The notes beneath the pieces were generated by a model. That model had not been told where the DNA came from. It saw nothing but the letters and a program-made list of their open reading frames with translations, and did not search any database. Positions 46,901 through 55,574 of a DNA stretch of 55,574 nucleotides are shown piece after piece. The stretch is from Gracilinanus agilis. Lineage: Eukaryota. The stretch's first letter is position 1. Each line of letters begins with the position of its first letter. The translations under genes and the position numbers were made by a program. The DNA lies in NCBI RefSeq assembly GCF_016433145.1, contig NC_058131.1, positions 401,709,440 to 401,765,013 of the forward strand. Reading direction: 5' to 3'.

Positions 46901-48183
46901 GTATTTTATTGTGTCAATTGAACTGATACATTTGTATATCTTATGTGAATATATATGCCTTCTTTATCTCGAATCATAAATACACCTACAGTTCTTTAAA
47001 ATACTATTTTATTTGTTTACTCTGTCTATTCTCATGCCCACTTCCCCATCTTAGAAACTGAAACTGTTATAATAGTCTTTCTGCTTCCAAAATTCAGATA
47101 TTTTTCAAAAGAAGAAACAGACCCTGGAAATTTCTTTTAAGCCTTAGTAATAGTGACAAAGCTATTCACAAGAAACAGTTTTTGTAATTAGGAGAATTAA
47201 TAGCTCCATTATTCTTGATAAACGAGAGAATATAAAAAATGTGACATCTACACAATAGACTAGAATGAATCTGTGAGCTATGGATTTCTACACTATGTTA
47301 ACATAGTCAAAAGACCTGAGAAAATTAGATTTGCTGCTCATATTTCCCAAATATTCAGACTTCTTTATCCTTGTTAGGCACAAACCCAGCATTTCCAACA
47401 GTATCTATTCAAAGGGACTTTTTTTGGACCAGAACATGAATAATCACAATACTATTTCCTTATATTGTCTAGAGAATATTTGATCAGGAATTCATTGGGG
47501 GAGGGAATGTTGCTATTCCAAGTTGATATACATAATAATTTAAAACATTTAATAAGTTAAGCAATAAACCCAAGCCAACATCCCTGACAAAATTCAAAGT
47601 AGAAACCTTGATTGGAAAGGGTTATTTCCCCATCTTGTTTGATTTTCAAGTAGTACATATGCCTGAATAGGGAAAATCCTAGGATATGAAGAGAATACTC
47701 TGGTTTCTGAAAATCATTTGTTATTTTGTTGCAAAGAACACATATGAGCCAACATTTCAAAGACTGGTGATTTTCTGCACATAAGTGTTCCTCGTACCCT
47801 GGAAGTTAGAAACTTTGTACTTAGAAGTGGAGAGTTGGTGTGGTAAAAAGAAATATTTATGCAAAAGTAGAATCTGAGATAACGCTCTCTGAATTTAACA
47901 AGGAACATTTTCTGATAGTACAAATTATCTGACCATACTTGACCATACTTGAAGTTTTCTGGTTGCCACAAGTTATGAAAGACTGTGTTCCTGGAGCATA
48001 GCCTTCACAAACCTAATAGCTTTAATGGAGGTGCCAGAATATGCTACATTGTAAGTGGGAGTTGCTAGGTCATACAATTTTTTTTATTTTCAGAGCAGGA
48101 GGGATTACACTATTCTAATGTTTAAAACTAGATAATTAAAGTGAAATATTAACATTAAAATAAAAGTGAATGAAGAAACTCAC

Positions 48184-50589
48184 GTGAGAAGAGATAACCA
48201 AGTCAGAGATGACCTTTTTGTTTTCATCGCTGGTACTTAAGACCAAGGAGGGATCATTAAAGAGTAAATCTTGCAGGGGAGGCACTTCCCCAGTCAGTTT
48301 AAGAAAATTATATTCCATTTTTCCCACTTCTGAAGCTGCACACAAATTGTAAGAATATGGTAAAGTCCCCTCACTGTAGTTTGTGGGGACATTGGAGCCC
48401 GACTTAGAACAAAGATCCACTAGAAAACAGCTCAGTATTGGAGGATTTGATGACCTTCTTAACCGAAGGGCAATGGCTAGAGTAATGGTGATGAGGAACA
48501 GCACGGAGATGAGAGCCAAAGCTACAACTAAGTAAAATTGTAACTCAGATTGAGATTCTGGGGCAGATGGAAGATCCTCCTCCATCTCCGGCAGTGCCTC
48601 TTGTAGGCTGTCAGCAAAGACCAGATGTAGAACCACCGTGGCTGACAGAGGGGGCTGGCCTCCGTCCTGCACAGACACCAGAAGACGGTGCCGGGAAACG
48701 TCTCTTTCAGCTAAAGCCCTTGCAGTCTTGACCTCACCCGTGCGAAGCCCTAGGCTGAAGAGTCCCTGATCTGTGGCCTGCAGCACGCGATAGGCCAGCC
48801 AGGCATTGTGCCCAGAGTCAGCGTCTACAGCGACTACCTTGGTGACCAGATAGCCTGGATTAGCTGATCGAGGGACCATGTCGAAGAGGGCAGATCTGTC
48901 TGGCCCCAGAGCAGGGTAGAGGATATTTGGAGCATTGTCATTGCTGTCTATGATGAACACTTGCATTGTGACATTGGCATTGAGAGAGGGAGAGCCGGCA
49001 TCCTGGGCCTGTACAGTCAACTCGAAGGTGCGGACCTGCTCATAGTCGAAAGAGCGTTGAGCAAAGATGTGCCCAGTATGACTATTGACAGAAACATAGG
49101 AAGAAAGCTGCAGTGGTTCCAGGTCGCTGCTGCTGATAGAATAGGACACTCTGCCGTTCCCCTCCAGGTCCAAGTCAGTGGCTGAGACACAGGCGATAGA
49201 GGTTCCGGAGGGGTTGTTCTCGGGGACATAAACTACATAGGAAGATTGGAGGAAAACTGGGTGATTGTCATTGACATCTGTAATGTGCAGGGTGAGAATT
49301 TTGCTAGTGGTCAAAGGTGGATTTCCCTTGTCTGTGGCCATTATAGTAATGTTATACTCCGAGATCTCTTCACGGTCCAAGACACCATCTGTAACTAATT
49401 TATACAAGTTGTTGGTGGAAGAAGATATTTTAAAAGGGACATTATCTCTTACACGACAGAATATTTCTCCATTTATACCGGAATCTTGGTCCACTGTTTT
49501 AATTAGGGCTACTACAGTTCCAGGCAGAGAGTTTTCAGGTATATGATTGGATACTGAGGCAAAAGTCACCTCAGGAGCATTGTCATTCTCATCTAGAATT
49601 TCTATTTGAATTTTACTGTAAGCAGTATGACCTCCTCCATCCTTTGCTTCTACTCCAAGAGTGTAGCTCTCTCCTTTTTCAAAATCGAGTATTCCTTTAG
49701 TTGTTAGTTCCCCACTTCTACTATCCAGTTTGAACAGGTGTTTCAGTGTCTCTACTGTGCCGAGAGAGTAAGTAATTTCCGCATTGTTCCCTTCGTCCTG
49801 GTCCGTGGCGGTCACTTGAAGCACAGAGGACCCGGGGGGCAAGCTCTCTTGCAGACTGACCCTGTAGATTTCCTGGCTGAAGACGGGCCAGTTATCATTG
49901 GCATCTGTGACATTGATACGGATTTCTACTGTGCCACTTCGAACTGGAATCCCACTGTCGACAGCCGTCAGGATCAAGCTATAGGAACTCTTTTTTTCCC
50001 TGTCCAGAGGCTTTTCCAATACTAATTCTGCATATTTACTGCCATCCGGATTTTCCTTTGGCAGTAACAAGAAATGGGGATCGGGACTTAGAAAATACTG
50101 CTGTAGCGAATTCACACCTACGTCTGGATCCTGAGGAGATTCCAGTGTAAACGTTACTCCAGGCAGCGCTATCTCGCTGATTTCCAAGTCAATTATACTT
50201 CTACTGAATCGCGGAGGATTGTCATTAATATCCTCTATCTCCACAGTTATACTGTAAAAATTCAAAGGGTTTTCAGCCACCATTTCAAATTCCAGAGCAC
50301 ACACAAGCTTCCTCCCGCAGATCTCCTCCCGGTCTACTCTGTCGCTGACCAGCAAGTTCCCGCTTTCATCGCTCACACTAAAGTATTCCCTCTCTGCACT
50401 CACCCGGAGCTTCCGAGTCGGCAAGTCCCCAATCTCCAAGCCCAGATCCTTGGCGATGTTCCCCACCATCGATCCTTTCGCCATCTCCTCGGGAATTGAG
50501 TAACTGATGTGCTCGGAAAGCACCCGGCAGAACAAAAACCCCAAGAAGAGAAACAAGGTCTGGCTCCTTTGCTCAGTGATCATTTCCAT
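48184..50589 (-). CDS. PCDHGB3: Protocadherin gamma B-type variable exon, probable gamma-B3 ortholog, 802 codons
   Basis: ORF 48136..50589. Donor CAC|GTGAGT at 48184/48183, phase 0. [46 protein letters not shown] and the C-terminal QDLL..DPS...SSH match my recall of human PCDHGB3. The symbol is from memory, not a search. Confidence 0.92.
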
Positions 50590-50805
50590 CTTTCAGTCTC
50601 TCAGTTCCACTGCTTCTCAACGCCTTGTTTCAAACACTGAAGTATAAAAGCTCATGAAAAAGAAAGGGAATGTCTCTGTTTCTGTGGGATGGATCAGTGT
50701 GTTCCGGGGCAGAATCTATGAGCAGCGAGTCTGAGATGAGCTCCTTCTGACTGCAAAAAAACAACTCTGGGAGGCTTCAGGGTGCTCTTTTATTTCTGAG
50801 TTGGC

Positions 50806-50847
50806 ATTGGCCGACAGCGGCGCCCTGTGCCTGTTCAGAGAACTTCA
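50806..50847 (-). promoter_or_regulatory. Pcdh promoter CSE with CCAAT box of exon 48184-50589
   Basis: Coding strand TGAAG-N13-CACAGGGCGCCGCTGTCGGCCAAT. Confidence 0.88.
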
Positions 50848-50929
50848 GCAAGTTGCAGGTGAATAAAACTCATTTTGAGCCTGATCGCGTAGAAAAAGTG
50901 CAGGCCTCCGAATCAGGAGAAGCATGGGT

Positions 50930-51505
50930 TGACATCTTGCTTTTGCGTCTTATTAGCTACAGGCAAGTCATGGGGGATAGATAATAGTTTTATAAATTTG
51001 GAATTGGAAGGAATCTTTGAGAGGTTTTTTTACCTAAACCTCTCCTTTTACAGATAAGGAAGCCCAGAAAGATTAATAACTTGTCCACAGTCATGCGCCT
51101 GGCAAGAGAGAGCTATGATTTAAACCTAGATCGTCTGAACCCAAAACCATCCGTCTTTCCACTGAATCATGCTGCCTGTAATCACAATCTTTCAGACTTT
51201 CAGTTTTATTGTTTTGTGAACTGTGGTTAGTAATACCAAGAATATCTACCTCATAGGATCCCTGTGAAGATAAAATAAAATAAGGCATGTATTTGAGATT
51301 GGATCTGTGATTTCTTTGGTAAAGATCGTAGGAACTAGGTGAGGAAATTCTTTCAAATAATACAGGTCCCTACTTTCTTTGAAACTTATGGTCTTAGAGA
51401 GTTACTTAGAGCACTGAGAAGTTAAATGATCTGTCTATAGCTAGCATATCTCAGAGGTGGTACTTGAACTCAGGTCTTCTTGGCTTGGAGTCCAGCTCTT
51501 TCTAG
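50930..51505. mobile_element. Two or three MIR/Mar-type fragments immediately upstream of the B3-like promoter
   Basis: ttttacagataaggaagcccaga...cttgtccacagtca; gcactgagaagttaaatgatctg...cttgaactcaggtcttct. Confidence 0.65.
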
Positions 51506-52724
51506 CCACCAACCAGGATGCCTCTCAATGTACATATCAAAAGATGCAGTTTGGAAGAGCTACTTTTAACAATTTTGAAAATCTTACCTTTACTCAATGG
51601 ATTTATTTTAGAAATTTTTAGATTGATGTGTTTGTTTGAAAGTATGTTTTCAGAACTTGTTCCCTTTATATAGAGGAGGTTAAGTTTTGTCAACTCTTTT
51701 GTTTTTTATTTCCTTCTTTTACTCATTCTACTAATTGATTCTTTCATCCATATGTTTGCCAAATATCATGTAGAAAATACAAACTTTAATTGATCACTAT
51801 TTCCATTAATGCTATATATGTTATGCTCCTTAATCAATACATGAATGTCTCTTTAAGTTTATTGCCATGAGGGTTCCTTTCTAATGATACATGAATATTC
51901 AGTTTTAAATATAATTCACAATATAATTTTCTAGATGTGATCCAGTCCTAAATAGTTTGGATTTCTATAAAATGTCAGTCTCTGATGCCTCTTCTAGATA
52001 TGTGTTCTGATGGATTATATCAGTGGGCTGCCCATACTAATTCTTCACATAGTAAATGTGCATTCTGCATCCACTTCCCCATGTGAATAGGTTGGCCAGT
52101 CTCTTTTTAATGATTGTGGATCTCATCCTCCATGGAAATCCTACACCAAAGCCTCATTGTGGTATGGAGATGACTCTGGGTTCTTAAAGGCTTTAACAAT
52201 GAAGCTAAAACACTGACAGATTCTACAACCTGGGCCGGTTTTGAATATGTGCCCATTGGTAAACCATATCTATTGCCCAAGAAAAGCTCTAGCTAAATAT
52301 GGAGAGGCAATTAATCAGTAGGTTGGCCACTGAGTGATGAATTTTTTGGCTCTAGCAATCTTTGAAACAATGAAAAAAAAAGTGGCTTTCAGTCATGGGT
52401 GGACTTCCTTCTGCTTCTTCAGTGACTGGTACAGTACCAGAAAAAAGATGCAGAGAATAGTGATAATTAAGCAGTTTATAGATCAACTGTAAAGATGAAT
52501 TGAATTTTCAGAACCTGGAAATATGATATTTCAGTACAATGATAAAAACTGATAACATTAGATGAACTATAACATGAATATTGATATTTTCATTACATAT
52601 GAAAACAGAAGACAAAAAATAGAAGAGGGTATACCTCTTCTTTGGAGAATAAAATAAAAGAGTTATGGAAGTGGATTCATAGTGCATTCACAGGCAAAAA
52701 TTGTTTCTTTCTTTAAAAAAATTT

Positions 52725-52914
52725 TTTAAACTTAACTTCCCCCTTAGAATCAATACAGTGTATAAAGGCAGAAGAGTGGTAAAGTCTAGGCAATGGGGGT
52801 TAAGTGACTTGCCCAGGGTCACACAGCTAGGAAGTGTCTGAGGCCAGATTTGAACTCAGGATCTCCCATCTCCGAGCCTGTCTCTTAATCCACTGAGCCA
52901 CCCAGCTGCCTCCC
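52725..52914 (-). mobile_element. SINE1_Mdo-type SINE
   Basis: ggcagaagagtggtaaagtctaggcaatgggggttaagtgacttgcccagggtcacacagct...gagccacccagctgcc. Confidence 0.9.
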
Positions 52915-53164
52915 ATAAAAATAATTTCAAAGGAGTTTTAGTCACTTCACCTCAGTATGGGAATCAGAGAAAATACTGCCATGGATATGATTGTAATTTG
53001 TGTATAAACATCTGTTGCATAAGATGATGATATATAAAGAAATTCTATTAAGGACTTGACAAGATTTTTCAGATCAAGGCAGCATATATGTAGTGATTTA
53101 AATGCAAAGGGGGAAATAGGAAAGAATGGCAAAAAAGAAAAAATATGATTTTAAATTAAGAAAC

Positions 53165-53676
53165 AATAGCTGCTAAGTGGGCCAGTGAATTGAGTGCAAT
53201 ACCTAAAGATGGGAGGTATTGGGTTCAAATTTGACCTCAGACACTTCCTAGTTGTGTGATCCTGGCCAAGTCACTTAACCACAATTGCCTAGACCTTTTG
53301 ACTTAGAACCAATACTCAGTATTGACTCTTTTTAAAAATATTTTTTATTATGAGTTTGACAAACATGAAAACTTCCATATGCAAAGAACAGAAAAAGACA
53401 ACTCCATGTGATGACCATCACTATGTATAGCTTTTAAGATAAGAATTAAATTTAAAAGTGCATTTACAACCTGCCCTTCTAAATGTCCTCTTACTCTCTT
53501 TTGTACATTTTCTAAGTGATTTATCAATGTTCTTTAAAATACTTTAAAAATATTTTCCAATTACATGTAATTGCAATTTTCAAATACATTTCCTGAAATT
53601 ATAAGATTCAAATTATCTCACTTTCTCCTTTCCCTCCCCTTTCAGTATTGATTCTAAGAAGGTGAGGGCTTAAAAA
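53165..53676 (+). mobile_element. SINE1-type SINE interrupted by a ~310-nt insertion (53330-53641)
   Basis: The SINE body stops at tcagtattgactct (53316-53329) and resumes at tcagtattgattct (53642-53655); the insert looks like minus-strand L1 3'-end sequence. Confidence 0.7.
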
Positions 53677-55518
53677 CAATAGACACAAAATGCTCGTAAA
53701 CTACCCAGAAAACTTAGGTTTACACATGAATACTTTCTTCTAGGACAAAGTACGTGGAGTAGGTATATATTGGAAAATAATTGTGGAATAAAAAAAAGAT
53801 CAGTAAAATAGACAAATTTAAAGAAGAATCAGAAAGCAATATACATGGAAGTCATTTTTAAAAAACCGACAATCTTAAGATATTAAAAATGATAGCTTCC
53901 TATTGTGGGAAGTGTTTCGGAATAATATGAGTGAAGTTAGATCACTTATTAGAACAAAAGTCACAATCGACACCAAATTAGAAGAACAATAAGATAAGAA
54001 ATAAAAACTATGTAATTGCAACAATTAAAATCTGACTTGTTAAAACAAGTTATTGGATTGAAAATTAGAAATGGATAAAGACAAAGACATAGACTAGGAT
54101 TATTACCATTTTGCAAGTTCAACCTATGTAAAACAATGCAGCAACAGGAAGCCCAAGAGAATGCATAACTTGGTTCAAAAAGCAAATATCTTATCTCTTT
54201 TCCAAACAAAATGGCAGTCAATAACACCATGCTTTATAATATATTATGTTATAATCTGGAGGACTTTTTTTGTCATTTATATGAGAAATTGTTTAATTTA
54301 GAAAACCTGAACCACCTTGACCATCAGCATCTATTTGAACATTAGCGACATTAGCAATGCTCAGTTCAAGGAATCAATAAACTGCACTGTGATTCCAAAA
54401 ATAAGTCAAAGACCACATAAAGAGTATAGTAAAATATAAAATCAGTGTCATAATTTGCTCTACTTAATGAAGGCCATCAACAGAGATGAATTAATACTTT
54501 GAAACTATACTAAAACAAGTTATAGTAATGTTATTGCCTTAGTTTCCCAAAACTTAACTTGGACATACTCAAGCAAACAAAAGCGTTGCAGACTAAGGAA
54601 TTTTCCACAAGTATTCCCAATCCTACAGGGAACTTAATATAAGATGGTAGATGCTGAAATTGTTATATTCTTTTTAGTAGACATAAATTTCTTAAATAGT
54701 AACAACATTATGTTAAATAAACTAATGGCTGGTCATTATAATCCAATTCACATACACAGCATCTGCCATGGGCAAGGCTCTGTATTAGGGGATAGGAACA
54801 TGAAAACAAAAATGGAAGAGTTCCTAATATTAAAGAACTTATATTCAATCAAGGATATTTCTTATGGTAAGAAATTATGATTATTACAATGAATGACTGG
54901 CAAAAGTATTATTTGTTTCTAAGAATCACAAAGGTATATTTAAAAGTTTCATTATAAAGAGTTCAGTTTCACAATACCAGTAAATCTCTGGAGCAAACTA
55001 ACTAACCCTTCCCACATTGCAAAGTTGATTTTCTGAAACCAAATGTAAGACTAACTTTATCCTATTTAAATTTCACGTTATTATATTTGGCTCAATATTC
55101 TAGAACATTTAGATTATTATGAATCCTGATTCTGTCATGCACTGTGTTAGTTATCTCCTTCAGCCTGCTGTCTCCTGCAAATTTAACAGGCCTGCCATTT
55201 ATCCAAGTATTTTTAAAAGTGTTCAACAGCACAAGGTCATGTACAGGTACCTAGGACATTCTACTGGAAAGTATCTTTCAAGCAGAGTTCAAAACAGTGA
55301 CTATTTTGTGGGGGAATTTAGCCATTCAATTAATTTCAAATGTATCTAACTGTGCTATCATCCCATCATCTTCTCCATAAGAGAACCCTAAGAATTGTTT
55401 AAGAAGAATCTTTATCAAATATTTGGCTAAACTACAGGTGGACTATATCTACAGGATTCTTTCAATCTACCAGTAAAGTCCAACAGAAAGAAAGGAGGAG
55501 AGGAAAAAAGAAGGAAGG

Positions 55519-55519
<1 letters not shown>

Positions 55520-55574
<55 letters not shown>
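55520..55574. repeat. (GAAA)n microsatellite running off the window end
   Basis: Direct inspection. Confidence 0.97.

Noticed and set aside
1-55574. Gamma constant exons, C-type exons, alpha-style exonic second CTCF sites, tRNA genes, CRISPR arrays
   Set aside because: None seen. The tRNA-like boxes are SINE heads, and the sequence is mammalian.

Overview
Vertebrate genomic DNA, most likely the opossum Monodelphis domestica (inferred from SINE1_Mdo-, Mar1- and marsupial L1-type repeats). The window covers part of the clustered protocadherin-gamma (Pcdhg) locus on the minus strand. It holds seven intact ~2.4-kb variable exons. Each encodes a signal peptide, six cadherin repeats, a transmembrane helix and a variable cytoplasmic domain, and ends at a phase-0 GT donor. 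In transcription order they alternate strictly B-A-B-A-B-A-B. Each has its own promoter with the CGCT-box conserved sequence element (CSE) about 230-280 nt upstream of the ATG. No gamma-C exon or constant exon is visible, and 1-15.5 kb is repeat-rich intron. The most unusual signals are two short copies of Pcdh EC5/EC6 coding sequence dropped into introns between direct repeats. One is inverted, lies inside an L1, and could pair with its parent exon in the pre-mRNA across the splice donor. A third apparent patch places an internal L2 piece inside an L1. Also notable: sharply bounded gene-conversion tracts, a fixed 42-nt promoter architecture in all seven promoters, a start-stop uORF overlapping one start codon, and a candidate new cysteine pair in EC5. 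Orthology calls come from recalled human sequences, not from a search. All alignments were done by hand.
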